Source: Squalus acanthias
Lineage: Eukaryota
Direction of reading: 5' to 3'
Assembly (NCBI GenBank): GCA_030390025.1
Contig: CM059449.1
Coordinates: 2,418,001-2,482,000, forward strand
DNA: 64,000 nucleotides
A program made the position numbers and the translations under genes. Under the pieces are notes generated by a model. It saw only the letters and a program-made list of their open reading frames with translations, had not been told where the DNA came from and did no database searches. Below, in pieces: positions 12,963 through 25,108 of the stretch (positions are counted from its first letter, which is position 1; each line of letters begins with the position of its first letter).

Positions 12963-14078
12963 CCTGTTGTACCAGCCCCGTGCTCTCTCCCATGATTATA
13001 TTCTGGGCAGGGAATTTTTCGGAGGCAGTTTTGAGGGTCAGGTCACCAGGACTCGTGTTTCTGCTCGCAGTGTTTTATATTATTGCTGTAACAGCATTAT
13101 TCCAGCACTGGGCTAATCTCTACTTTGGGAGCGACACATAGAGTGGCCAAACCCAGGGATGTCAGCCCCGGGGTCCAGCTCCTCCGAGGGATTATTGCCG
13201 AGTTTCCATCACTCGATATTAATCAGTTAATGTTTGTAAAGGCTTCTTTCAGTAAAATAGATTTTATAAATCTGCTAACGCCACAAATGAACAACACGTT
13301 TATCGGTGTTTCCATGTCACTGGCTTTTTACAGAGTGAATAAATAGATCCGTGGAAACAATGAGGTTGATTTGAGTGGTGTTTTATTCCAGAAATTTCAA
13401 GTATTTCCTTGCTCGTTTTGTGGCCCCATTTACTCCACGTTTTACTGTTTTCAGACTCTTGTCGGCAATCCTGATCTCAGCAATTCTGTGAAGATTCAGG
13501 AAGATTGGCCTAGAAATTGGTTATGGGTAACATTTAATTAACCTGTACCATGTTGTGTGTAATTTCACACGGTACCGTTACATTTATGTAGCCCATTTCT
13601 GTTAAACAGGTTAATGACTCGGCTCAAACACCTTGTGTTTCTCTGCTAATACCACCAACCAGCCAGAGTATTTCAATATAACCTGAATTATATTGGAAAG
13701 CAGAGTCTTAACATCACTGGGGAGAATGATGTTTGTACAATATGACATACAAGGAATGCACTTTTCAGTAGATGCTTTATTTTACACTCTAACTACAAAC
13801 TCTGATCAGATTTTTTGAGTTTTTTTGCATTGTTTGTACTGTGGGCGTCAGTGGTAAGGCTGACAATTATTACCTGTTCCTAATTGCCCTTGACAAGGTG
13901 GTGGTGAGCTGCCTTCTTGAACCGCCACAGTCCGTGTGGTGAAGATACTCCCACAGTGCTGTTAGGGAGGGAGTTCCAGGATATTGACCCAGCGACGATG
14001 AAGGAACAGCCAATATATTTCCAAGTCAGGATAGTGTGTGACTTGTAGAAGAATTTGGAGGTGGTGGTGTTATTTTAT

Positions 14079-14690
14079 TGTGGAGCATTTTAAACCAACA
14101 CTCGACACAAGGTTTTCGGATCGATAATCAAGTCGTCTTTATTACACCGGTGGGGAGATAGCCCACTCTGTCTTAGCTAGACATCTCCAAATTGTTACAG
14201 CAAACACTACATTTTTATACATTACAATACACATGTCCAATGATGCAAAATTCATTCCTGCCACCTGATTGGACCTTGGCCCGCATGCATCTTCACTGAT
14301 TGGTTGCCTATGCCGCGTTACATTAAAGTACCGCCTCTATTATCGGAAAAGTATATGTCTGTTATCCCCCAAGCTGTTGTTGCACCTCTGACCTTTGTTT
14401 ATGCCAAATGGGGTCTCATCAACATTGTACTTCTGACTCATTGTCCTCCTTTCCTGCCTCTCCGGTCTTTTACTTCTAACCCATTGTTTACTTTCCTGCC
14501 AGAACAGGACTTACATCCTCTGGCCTCTTATGGTTTCCACATCCAACTATTTGCAACTGTCTCTAAGTGAGACAGTATGCAATTCTAACACTACTGCTTA
14601 GATTATCTCCATTGCCAGATCAGCAATTTTAGAAAAAGCTTACTACTGCAAAAGGCCTAATAGATTATTGTCTTTATCACACCATTCAGT
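14079..14690. mobile_element. Interspersed repeat, possible solo LTR (relatives at ~22655-23290 and ~62671-63285)
   Basis: Starts TGTGGAG; minus-strand AATAAA; diverged copy at 22.7 kb shares internal blocks. Confidence 0.45.
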
Positions 14691-14734
14691 TAAACTGCCA
14701 TCGATGTCAGTTTAACTCTTTTCCCCCCTGCAAT

Positions 14735-15240
14735 TTGATGGGGAATTTGGAGGTGGTGGTGAATTTGGAGGTGATGGTGTTGGATTTGATGGGGAATTTG
14801 GAGGTGATGGTGTTGGATTTGATGGGGAATTTGGAGGTGGTGGTGTTGGATTTGATGGTGAATTTGGAGGTGATGGTGTTGGATTTGATGGGGAATTTGG
14901 AGGTGGTGGTGTTGGATTTGATGGTGAATTTGGAGGTGGTGGTGTTGGATTTGATGGGGAATTTGGAGGTTGTGGTGTTGGATTTGATGGGGAATTTGGA
15001 GGTGATGGTGTTGGATTTGATGGTGAATTTGGAGGTGATGGTGTTGGATTTGATGGGGAATTTGGAGGTGGTGGTGTTGGATTTGATGGGGAATTTGGAG
15101 GTGATGGTGTTGGATTTGATGGTGAATTTGGAGGTGATGGTGTTGGATTTGATGGGGAATTTGGAGGTGATGGTGTTGGATTTGATGGGGAATTTGGAGG
15201 TGATGGTGTTGGATTTGATGGGGAATTTGGAGGTGATGGT
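14735..15240. repeat. 33-bp G/T-rich minisatellite (~15 units; >=20 units at 63328-64000)
   Basis: tggatttgatggggaatttggaggtgatggtgt repeated. Confidence 0.97.
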
Positions 15241-15799
15241 GATGGACTTGGTGATGATTGGAAGTAACTTTGCCTCAAATTAGTTTGCAAAAACTTGGCT
15301 TCTATTCATTAGCGTTTAGAAGGTGACCTAATCGAAGTATTCAAAATTATGATATTCGATATAGGGTAGATAGAGAGAAACTGTTTCCTGTGGTGGGAGA
15401 ATATAGAATAAGGGGACGAAACATTAACATTAGAGCTAGGCCATTTAATGAAAAAATTATTTGTTCCTGGGATGTGGGCGTTGCTGGCAAGGCCAGCATT
15501 TATTGCCCATCCCTAATTGCCATGAGGAGGTGGTGAGCCACTGCCTTAAACCACTGCAGTGCGTGTGGTGAAGGTACTCCCCCAGTGCTGTTAGGGAGGG
15601 AGTTCCAGGAATTTGACCCAGCGACGATGAAGAAACAGCAATATACTTCCAAGTCAGGATGGTGTGTGACTTAGCAGTGAAATCAGGAATCATTTTCCCA
15701 CATAAAGCGTAATGGAAATCTGGAATACTCTTTCCCAAAAGGCTGTGGGTCAATTAAAAATGTAAAACCGGAGATCGATAGACTTTTGCTAGCCAGGGT

Positions 15800-16270
15800 A
15801 TAAGAAAGAAAGATTTGCATTAATAGCGCCTTTCACGACCACCGCACGTCTCAAAACGTTTTACAGCCAATGATGTACTTTTGGAGTGTAGTCACTGTTG
15901 CAATGTAGGAAACGCAGCAGCCAATTTGCGCACAGCAAGGTCCCACGAACAGCAATGTGATAATGACCAGATAATCTGTTTTTGTTATGTTGGTTGAGAG
16001 ATAAATATTGGCCAGGACACTGGGGATAACTCCCCTGCTCCTCTTCGAAATAGTGCCATGGGATCTTTTACGTCCACCTGAGAGGGCAGATGGGGCCTCG
16101 GTTTAACGTCTCGTCCGAAAGACGGCACCTTCGACAGTGCAGCACTCCCTCAGCATTGCACTGGAGTGTCAGCCTAGCTTTATGTGCTCAGGTCCCTGGA
16201 GTGGGACTTGAACCCACAACCTTCTGACTCAGAGGAGAGTGCTACCAACTGAGCCACAGCTGACACTGTG
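15800..16270 (-). mobile_element. tRNA-derived SINE (SacSINE/DeuSINE-like)
   Basis: Pol III A box TGGCTCAGTTGG and B box GGTTCAAGTCC on minus strand; second copy at 39490-39912. Confidence 0.8.
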
Positions 16271-16435
16271 GGCTATCAAGTGATATGGAGCCAAGGTGGG
16301 TAAATGGAGTTGAGATGTAGATCAGCCATAATCTAATTGACTGGCGGAACAGTCTGGAGGGGCTGAATGGCCTCCTACTGTTGCTATATCCGGGCGGTTA
16401 GCAATTAGCATTCTCACTGGTCTCTTGGTACTCAC

Positions 16436-16775
16436 CAAACACACACAGTTTAAACAGATCCCGGTCATTGTTCCTCAGTTGTTTTCCAAGGTAGTCCGTC
16501 TCTATCTCATACACCCCATTGTCATCAAGTTGGACATTCTGTAGCTCAATAAAGCCATCGCGGTGGAACTGAACCCGGTGTTTGTAGTAAGGGTCAGAAT
16601 TCCAAGCCATGATTTTAAGATTGACCGGGATCTGCGTCTTTCATACTTTCTCATCGCTACGGTGATTTGATGGGAAACCTGATGTATTCGCCAATGGAGA
16701 GATTAGTGAGGAAGTTCAGGAAGGCTGGTGTTGCTGCTCTCCACAGTGTAATAGTGAAGTACTGGAATGGAACTT
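16436..16775 (-). pseudogene. Decayed Cys-less IgV-type exon (CEACAM/SLAM/HEPACAM-like N domain)
   Basis: YKHRVQFHRDGFIELQNVQLDDNGVYEIE...FKLCVF then phase-1 donor GTGAGT; upstream part has stop/frameshifts and abuts a CR1 tail. Confidence 0.6.
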
Positions 16776-17345
16776 AAGAACATAAGAAATAAGAGTATGA
16801 GTCGGCTATATGGCCCTTCGAGCCTGCTCCGCCATTCAGTAAGATCATGGCTGATCATTGACTTCAACTCCACTTTCCGGCACTATCCCCATATCCCTTG
16901 CTTCTCTTCGAGTCCAAAAATCTATCGATCTAAGCCTTGAATATGCTCAACGAAGTTCATTCACCGCCAGCTGAGGTAGAGAATTCCAACAATTCACAAC
17001 CCTCTGAATGAAGAAATTGTGCCTCATCTCAGTCTTTTAAATAACCTACCCCTAGTTCTAGACTCTCCAGCCTGGGGAAACAACCTCTCAGCTTCTACCA
17101 AGTCAATCCCCCTCTAATCTCCAGAGAATATGGACTCAATCGCCTCATGGGGCAACTTTCTAATCCCAGGGATCAATCTCATGAGCCTTCGTTGCACCAC
17201 CTCTATGGAAAGTATATCTTTCCTTAAATAAGGAAATGAAAACTGTGCACAGTACTCCAGGTGTGATCTTGCTCTTGTACTCCAACCCCCTTGCAATAAA
17301 GGCCAACATGCCATTTACCTTCCGAATTGCTTGCTGTGGCTGCAT
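16776..17345 (-). mobile_element. CR1 3' fragment
   Basis: [22 protein letters not shown]; CR1 3' tail. Confidence 0.85.
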
Positions 17346-17419
17346 CCTGACTCTGACAGACCACAGAGGGAGTGAAGGATGAGGAGTGTATATAAACCCT
17401 GCCGGAGGATGGGTCTGGA

Positions 17420-18065
17420 TCCACGGCACGATGTGGTCTCCTCTACATTGGGGAGACCAAACGCAGCTTGGGTGACCGCTTTGCGGAACACCTCCGTTCA
17501 GTCCGTAAGGGGGACCCCGAGCTCCCGGTCGCCTGTCACTTTAATTCACCGCTTCACTCCCACTCTGACCTCACCGTCCTCGACCTATTACACTGTTCCA
17601 CGGAAGCGCAGCGTAAGCTCGAGGAACAGCACCTCATCTTTCGTTTAGGCACGCTACAGCCCTCTGGACTCAATATCGAGTTCAATAATTTTAGATCATA
17701 ACCTCAGCTCCAATCACATTTATATTTTATTTTTTCATCCACCCTTTTATTTGGCCCCCCCTTTTTTTTCTCCTAGAAGCTGGCAGCTGTCCTTCATTCT
17801 GCCAGTGGATTTCACACTTCTTTCAGCCTTAACCTGTCACATTAACACCACCTCTTGCCTTGCATATCTCTTAATGTCTCTTTATCTCCCCTTTTGTTCC
17901 TTTATCCCCTCCCCCTTTTCCCAGCTTTATCCTGGCCTTAAATCTATTTGATTTCCGGCTCTTTCCAGTTCTGACGAAAGGTCATCGACCTGAAACGTTA
18001 ACTCTCTTTCTCTCTCCACGGATGTTGTCTGGCCTGCTGAGTTTTTCCAGCGTTTTCTGTTGTTA
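17420..18065 (+). mobile_element. Penelope-like element 3' fragment (GIY-YIG endonuclease end plus pLTR)
   Basis: CGLLYIGETKRSLGDRFAEHLRSV...VACHFN...KLEEQHLIFRLGTLQPSGLN. Confidence 0.88.
17967..18003 (+). ncRNA. Minimal type-I hammerhead ribozyme motif (Penelope pLTR)
   Basis: agtt-CTGACGA-a-aggtc-atc-gacct-GAAAC-GTT-aact. Confidence 0.65.
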
Positions 18066-18149
18066 TTTAGGCGCTCGAGGTGGAGTCCATTTTACCCAAA
18101 CCAGGTGCAAGGATGCTGTTGGCAAGGCTCCCGGGGCTCAGCAAGAAAG

Positions 18150-18700
18150 ACAATGGGCGGGAACGGGTGGTGATTGGCGTGTGGGCGCGGGAGCGGGCGG
18201 TGATTGGCGGAAGGGAGCGGGCGGTGATTGGTGCCGGCAGCGGGAGCGGGCGATGATTGGCGGAAGGGAGCGGGCGGCGATTGGCGCCGGCAGCGGGCGG
18301 TGATTGCCGTGCGGCTGCGGACGGTGATTGGCGGGGCGGGCGGTGATTGTCGAGGAGGGGGGGGGGAGCGCGCAGTGATTGGCGCCGGCAGCGGGAGCGG
18401 GCGGTGATTGGCGGGAGTGGGAACGGGCGCTGATTGACGGGACAAGCGGGAGCCGGCGGTGATTACGGGAGGGGGGGGCGCGATTGCGGGAGGGGGGGGG
18501 GCGCGAGTACGAGAGGGAGGTGATTGGCGGGGAGCGGGAGGTGATTGGCGAGGGTAGAGCAGGAGGTGATTGGCGGAGGGGGGTTGGAGCGGCCGTTGAT
18601 TGGCGGGGAGCGGCAGCGGGAGCGGGTGGTGATTGGCGGGGTGGGGGGAAGCGGGGGCTGATTGGCGGGGAGCGGGAGCTGGCGGTTGGGCGGAGTCGGT
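18150..18700. repeat. GC-rich degenerate tandem array of GATTGG (CCAAT) and GGGCGG boxes
   Basis: About 14 exact GATTGG plus variants at ~20-30 bp spacing. Confidence 0.8.
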
Positions 18701-18949
18701 TTGAAGCGGTTGAGCGGGAGCGGAATGTCCGGCCCGCCTCTGCCAGCCGGAGATTGAAGGGCGAGGCGGCCCTTCCTGGGCGATGAGGAGCTGGGCCCGG
18801 GGCCGGGTCTTGTCTCCTTCCTCCCGGGCTCGGAAGCTTCAGCCACTCTGGGACACCAGCGGCCTCCGGAACCTTGTCCCCCTTCACTGCCCTCTCAGCC
18901 CCTCCGTCCTTCCACTCCCAGCCCCTGCCGTGTGTTCACCGTCCCCTCT

Positions 18950-20320
18950 GAGCGGCCCCTCTCTGACCCCCAGCCACGGCCTCGGCTTCACCCCCCTCCC
19001 CGCCCACCTCGCTGGATTCCCAGCCCGGCTCTCCCGCCACCTTCGCCTCCGCGCCCGGCCCGGAGTCTCCCCCCCACCCCCTACACCGCCGACCCTTTCT
19101 CCCCTCTTCAGAATCCTCGCTCCGCCCGGACCCCTCCCTCTGGCCTCTCGCCCTCTCTCCATCTCTTCATGGTGAACTGCCGGCCTGACATCGGCCGTCT
19201 CACTGTCTCTGCTCCCCTCGCTCACTCTAACCTCCCTCCCTCTGAACCTGCAGCTCTCCGTTCTCTCAGACCCGGCCCCGACCTGCTCACTGAACCTGCT
19301 GACAAGGGCGGCGCTGCTGCTGTTTGGCGAACCCACCTCTGCCGTGCGGAGGCTGAACGGCAAATTCTCCGCCGCCTCCTCCTCCCTCCCCCTGGACCAC
19401 GACCCTACCACCCAACATCAAGCCATCGTTTCCAGGACTGTCACTGACCTCATCCCCTCTGGAGATCTTCCCTTCACGGCCTCTCCCCTGATCATCCTCC
19501 AACCCCGCACAGCCCGCTTCGACCTCCTTCCCAAGATCCACAAACCAGACTTCCCTGGTAAACCCATCGTTTCAGCCTGTTCTTGTCCCACGCAACTGAA
19601 TCCTTCCTCGCTCAACTCCAGTTTTTCTCCCCTTGTCCAGTCTCTTCCCACTTGCACTCTTCCGACGCCCTCCGCCAGTTTAACATTTTCCAGTTTCCTG
19701 GCCCCAACCGTCTCCTTTTCACCATGGACGCCCAATCCCTCTGTACCTCCATCCCCCACAATGATGGCCTGAAGGTACACCGCTTCTTCCTTGAACAGAG
19801 GCCCAGCCCGTCCCCATCCACCACCACCCTCCTCCGCCTCACTGAACTTGATCTCACATTGAACAACTTCTCCTTTGACTCCACTCACTTCCTCCAAATT
19901 AAAGCGGTTGTGATGGGAACCCACATGGGCCCTAGCTATGTCTGTCTTTTTGTGGGATATGAGGAATGTTCTTTGTTCCAGTCTTACTCAGGTCCCCTCC
20001 CTCACCTCTTTTTCCAGTTCGTTGATGACTGTATTGGTGCCTCTTACACTGTTCCAACGAAGCTCAACGTAAGCTCGAGGAACAGCCTTCTGGACTCAAC
20101 ACTGAGTTCAACAATTTCAGACCAGAACCTCTGCCCCTATTTTTCACATGGCAGCTGATGACTCCACTGTTCCAATTTACACCTCTTCTAGACTCACCTG
20201 TTGTTTGTTAACCTGTCCCATTACGAAAGGACATCGACCTGAAATGTTAACTCTGTTTCTCTCTCCACAGATGGTGCCTGACCTGCTGAGTATTTCCAAC
20301 ACACACTGTTTTTATTTTAT
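18950..20320 (+). mobile_element. Penelope-like element RT, decayed
   Basis: PADKGG, LPKIHKP..PGKPIVS, TMDAQSLCTSIPH, MGTHMGPSY, FVDDCIG; degraded pLTR at ~20220-20320. Confidence 0.88.
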
Positions 20321-20597
20321 TATAAGGAGCGGGACCCGATGTGTGAGATGAGGGCCCAGGGCCGGGCCAGGTGGCAAACGGCTGGTGAAGAGTGATGGAG
20401 GGGCGGCGGAAGACCAGGTAGGAATCCCCCTGGCTGGGCTCTGTGGGTTGGACTTTGCCGAGTGAGTGTGAGTGGGGACAGTCTGTCTCCTTTTGCCTCC
20501 CCCTGTTGAACTTGTCCCACATGCTGAGGTACAGCAGCTCCTGCAGCCCTTGCTGGAGTGATTTATACAGATGTCAGTGGCTGATCAGGTACAGGAC

Positions 20598-20823
20598 CAA
20601 TGTTGTCGCTGCCCAATACCACACGGGCACTGGTGGCCCGAATCAATGTTATCCCTGTCCAACACCACACAGGCACTGGTGGCCAGAATCAACGTTGTCG
20701 CTGCCGAACACCACACGGGACTGGTGGCCAGAATCAATGTTGTCCCTGCCCAACACCACACGGGACTGGTGGCCAGAATCAATGTTGTCCCTGCCCAACA
20801 CCACACGGGACTGGTGGCCAGAA
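20598..20823. repeat. 45-bp minisatellite, 5 copies
   Basis: aatgttgtccctgcccaacaccacacgggactggtggccagaatc. Confidence 0.93.
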
Positions 20824-21125
20824 TCTCCGGTTAACACTCAGCAGTGACTGATTCTTGTTCCTCTCTGGCTGTTAAAGGCAATGGTGAATTCCAGCACTTC
20901 CTGACTGAGAGCAGAATATCTGTGCTGTTTAGAAAGATGTGAACCTGCCTGCCAGTTAATTGGAGCTAGCAATAGACACATGTCCCTGCCAGGAGTAATG
21001 TTCAAACCCATTAATCTGTCCAACTGTTTCTCAGAGAGGAACCCGAGGCGAGTTTTACCAGCAGCAGCAGATGGTTCTGTTGTAGTATTTGAGTTGTTTG
21101 ACAGGGAATGTGAGCAGGGACTGGA

Positions 21126-21292
21126 CCATGGGGTAGATTTTCACATTGTAGCCCGGGTGTAAACCTGGCATTGTGAATCAGCCGCCCGCTGTTCTTTAAT
21201 AGAAATGAAAATCGGGCGGGTTCTATAATGGGCCTTCGATCTGCAATGCCAGTTTTATGCCTGGGCAGCTCATTGAAATTCTATCCCCATGG
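21126..21292. mobile_element. Fold-back MITE-like element
   Basis: Ends ccatggggtagattttca / tgaaattctatccccatgg with further internal inverted matches. Confidence 0.6.
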
Positions 21293-21299
21293 GTTAGTA

Positions 21300-22540
21300 T
21301 TTATTACTCAAGATAAAAAATCACTGGATTGGGGGTAATATTCTGGCATGGGTGGAGGATTGGTTATCTAACAGGAAGCAGAGAGTTGGGATAAATGGTT
21401 CATTCTTGGACTGGCAACCAGTAGCCAGTGGTGTTCCGCAGGGGTCGGTGCTGGGTCCCCAACTCTTTACAATCTATATTAACGATTTGGAGGAGGGGAC
21501 CGAGTGGAACATATCAAAGTTTGCAGATGATACAAAGATGGGAGGGAAAGTAGAAAGTGAGGAGGACATAAAAAACCTACAAGGGGATATAGACAGGCTG
21601 GGTGAGTGGGCAGAGATTTGGCAGATGCAATACAATATTGAAAAATGTGAGGTTATGCACTATGGTAGGAAAAATCAGAGATCAAGTTATTATCTTAATG
21701 GCGAGAAACTGGAAAGTACTGCAGTACAAAGGGATCTGGGGGTCTTGGTGCAAGAAAATCAAAAAGTTAGTATGCAGGTGCAGCAGGTGATCAAGAAAGC
21801 CAATGGAATGTTGGCTTTTATTGCTAGGGGGATAGAATATAAAAACAGGGAGGTATTGCTGCAGTTGTATAGGGTATTGGTGAGACCACACCTGGAGTAC
21901 TGCATACAGTTTTGGTGTCCATACTTAAGAAAAGACATACTTGCTCTCGAGGCAGTACAAAGAAGGTTCACTCGGTTAATTCCGGGGATGAGGGGGTGGA
22001 CATACGAGGAGAGGTTGAGTAGATTGGGACTCTACTCATTGGAGTTCAGAAGAATGAGAGGCGATCTTATTGAAACATAAGATTGTGAAGGGGCTTGATC
22101 GGGTGGACGCGGTGAGGATGTTCCCATTGATGGGTGAAACTAGAACTAGGGGACATAATCTTAGAATAAGGGGCTGCTCTTTCAAAACTGAGATGAGGAG
22201 AAACTTTTTCACTCAGAGGGTAGTGGGTCTGTGGAATTTGCTACCCCAGGAAGCTGTGGAAGCTACTTCATTAAAAAAATTTAAAACAGAAATAGACAGT
22301 TTCCTAGAAGTTAAGGGAATCAGGGGTTACGGGGAGCGGGCTGGAAATTGGACATGAGTTTGAGTTCGGATCGGTCAAGGCCCTGTGGGTGGCGGAGCGG
22401 GCCCAGGGGCCTGGTCCTGCTCCTACTTCTTGTGTTCTTTAGAGTTGAGGTTGGATCAGATCAGCCATGATCTCATTGAATGGCGGAGCAGGCTCGAGGG
22501 GCCGATTGGTCTACTCCTGCTCCTATTTCTTATGTTCTTA
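21300..22540 (+). mobile_element. CR1 LINE 3' part
   Basis: 242-aa RT ORF ([14 protein letters not shown]) plus 3' UTR. Confidence 0.93.
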
Positions 22541-25108
22541 TCTCAGTGCTACCTGGAGGTATTTCATTCACCGACACACAGACACGTGCACTGCGTACAA
22601 AAGCAGGTATCTTCACACTGGGTTTTTATGTTAAATGAAACGTTATTTTCTGAATTGTGGAGTGGAGTATTTGAAATAAACACTCGTCACCAAATCTGCG
22701 TTCGAAGATTCAAGCAGTCTTTATTCGCACCGGTGGGGAGACAACCTGCTATCTGTCGAGCCAGGCTTCTCTCCAATGATACAAAGTTTTAAGCAGTCTT
22801 TTATACAAAATATAGGTACATAATTAGCCTCGTGCATGATCCATCTTAACAATTTGATTGGGTTTCGCCCTGTGTGCACATTCACTGATTGGTTGCCTCT
22901 GCCGCGTTACATTAAAGTACCGCCTTTATTACCGGAAAAGAATATGTCTGTTATCACCGCAAGTTGTTGTTGCACCTTTGACCTTTGTTCATGCCAGATG
23001 GGGTTTCACCAATATTGTACTTCTGACTCATTGTCCTCCTTTCCTGCCCCTCCAGGACGTTTTACTTTCCTGTCAGAGCAGAACTTACATCCTCTAGGCC
23101 TCTTATGATTCCACGTCTGGCTATTTGCAATTGTCTCCAAGTTATACAACTTGCAGTCGTCAATCATTCTAACACGACTGCAAAATCAACATGTCATTCT
23201 TAGGTTCTCTCAACTGCCAGTTCAGCAACTTAGAAAAAGCTTCCTGCTGCAAAGGCCTATTAGCTCATTCGGTTCCCATTCTTAACCCTTTAATTATAGT
23301 GGAGCTCGAAAGCCCCACTTTAACTGTATCCCAATAGTTAGGACATGCAAATAAAAATAAAATCCACATCACACTAAATACAACAGGATAATAATACTGC
23401 AACGGTAACCAATTTATATACAAGCTTGTGGACAGTCAACCATTCGAGTCAATGCTGATCTGATCACTGAATGTTCACAGCAGATATGGTGAAAACTCAA
23501 CAAGGACTAAGTTAAGGAGAAGAGTCTGTTCTGGCCCACTATTGGCAGCAGTTATTGGGACCAGGAGAGCAAATCATGAAAACAAAACCAGGAAAAGTAT
23601 AAGTATCAGGGCTGTACAGGATCAGTTCAACAAGACAGAATGAGTAGTCTGGAGAGCTCTGGCAGAAAGAAAACTATTGTATTGTTTCACTTTTGAGGAG
23701 CTAGATGATAGATTTTTACTGTTAATCTGTGTGTAATACATTTGCTTAATGTGGTTTAATAAATTTTCCTTTAGACAAGCTAATAGAATTTCTGCTGCAT
23801 ATATCTCATCAGATTATGTATTCGCTTGCGGATTAATAAATTTGCTTAATGGTTCAAACCTAAAACGAGGTCTGATGATGCGCTGGTCTCTCCAAGGCTA
23901 GAGAAAACTCTTGCGAAAGCAAAAGATAATTTCCAATAGCTAACCTACTAACAGAATGATTGTTCTGTTTGTTATGCTTGGCGTGTTACTGAAGGTTATT
24001 GAGAAAGCGAGGAAAGTGAAGAGTCATAAACATAGGGAGTCACAACTCCCCCATGGAAATGATTTAAAATTACAGGAGCCAAAAAAATCTAGATTAAACA
24101 GGGTAAAGACTCAAAAATATACCCGGGACCACAGGAAGATCCAAGGAACAACCTCTCGCCTCGTTTTCTTGGTGAGGACCTTAAAATTATGGCCCACCAA
24201 ACCGTGGATATAGTTTGTCCCCTCGAATCTTATCAAAATCCTTCATCACTTCTGTTTGGTCTCCTCTTAATCTTCTGTGTTCCAGTGAAATGAGTCCCAG
24301 TTTCTCCCGTCTCACCTCACAACTGAACCACATCTCTGATATCCTCTAACTGAATTTCTTCTCCAGGGCCTTGACACCTTTTCCAAAGTAAGGAATTGAA
24401 AACTGGACACAATGTTCTAACTGAGGCCGAACCAATGATTTGTATCGGTTTAGAATCATTTCTCTGTACTTTAGACTCGTGATTTATAAAACCCAGGATC
24501 CCATATACTTTGATCTTTTAATAAATGGAACGGCTTTATCAACTTCTGCTTCATTTTAACATTTGGAGACTTCCTTATGATCCCCAAGGTATTGAAACTG
24601 CCCATCTCCAGAACACTCAGATGAGTTGCAATTCAAAAGAGGCTAAGAGAAGGCCAACTCACAGACAGGGAAACACTTTCAGTACAAGAGACTGAAGCAT
24701 CTCTCCAAGTGTTGGAGGTGAAACGAGTATTAATCATTTCATGAAATACTTACAACGCTAATTCAGTAGTCATCCTTCAAGTCAGCTAGAAACCATCTGG
24801 GCCAAGAGCCTTATTAGCCTGAAGAGAGCCAACAGCTTGGAGTACCACAGCCTGACTGATGGGGCATCCAGAGATGTTCAAACTGCTCAATCCAGGCACC
24901 TCAGAGGGAGAGTAACATATGGGCTTTTAATCCAGATAAGGCACCAACACATGTCTATGCTTGTAAATATTTCTACTGAACTAGTGAATCTTAACTCAAT
25001 AAAGAACATCACATTTAATGAGTTTAATACAAAAAATAGAAATGAATATAAATGTCAACGGCTCATTCCATTTCACATCTGCGAGGCACTTTAAAAAACA
25101 CCTCTCAC

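Larger units (their letters stand above)
2733..15240 (+). repeat. Recent segmental duplication copy 1 (pairs with 51510-64000)
   Basis: Colinear, near-identical sequence at an offset of ~48.8 kb. Confidence 0.97.

Noticed and set aside
14712-15290. Pro/Ser/Asn-rich and Val/Leu/Met-rich ORFs on both strands
   Set aside because: Artefacts of a 33-bp tandem repeat; no splice or start context
18022-19447. Many overlapping Pro/Arg/Gly-rich ORFs
   Set aside because: Explained by GC-rich low complexity and decayed Penelope sequence
20320-20600. Coding-looking minus-strand stretch (SLQQGLQELLYLSMWDKFN...)
   Set aside because: No recognisable domain or splice framework; left unassigned pending BLASTx
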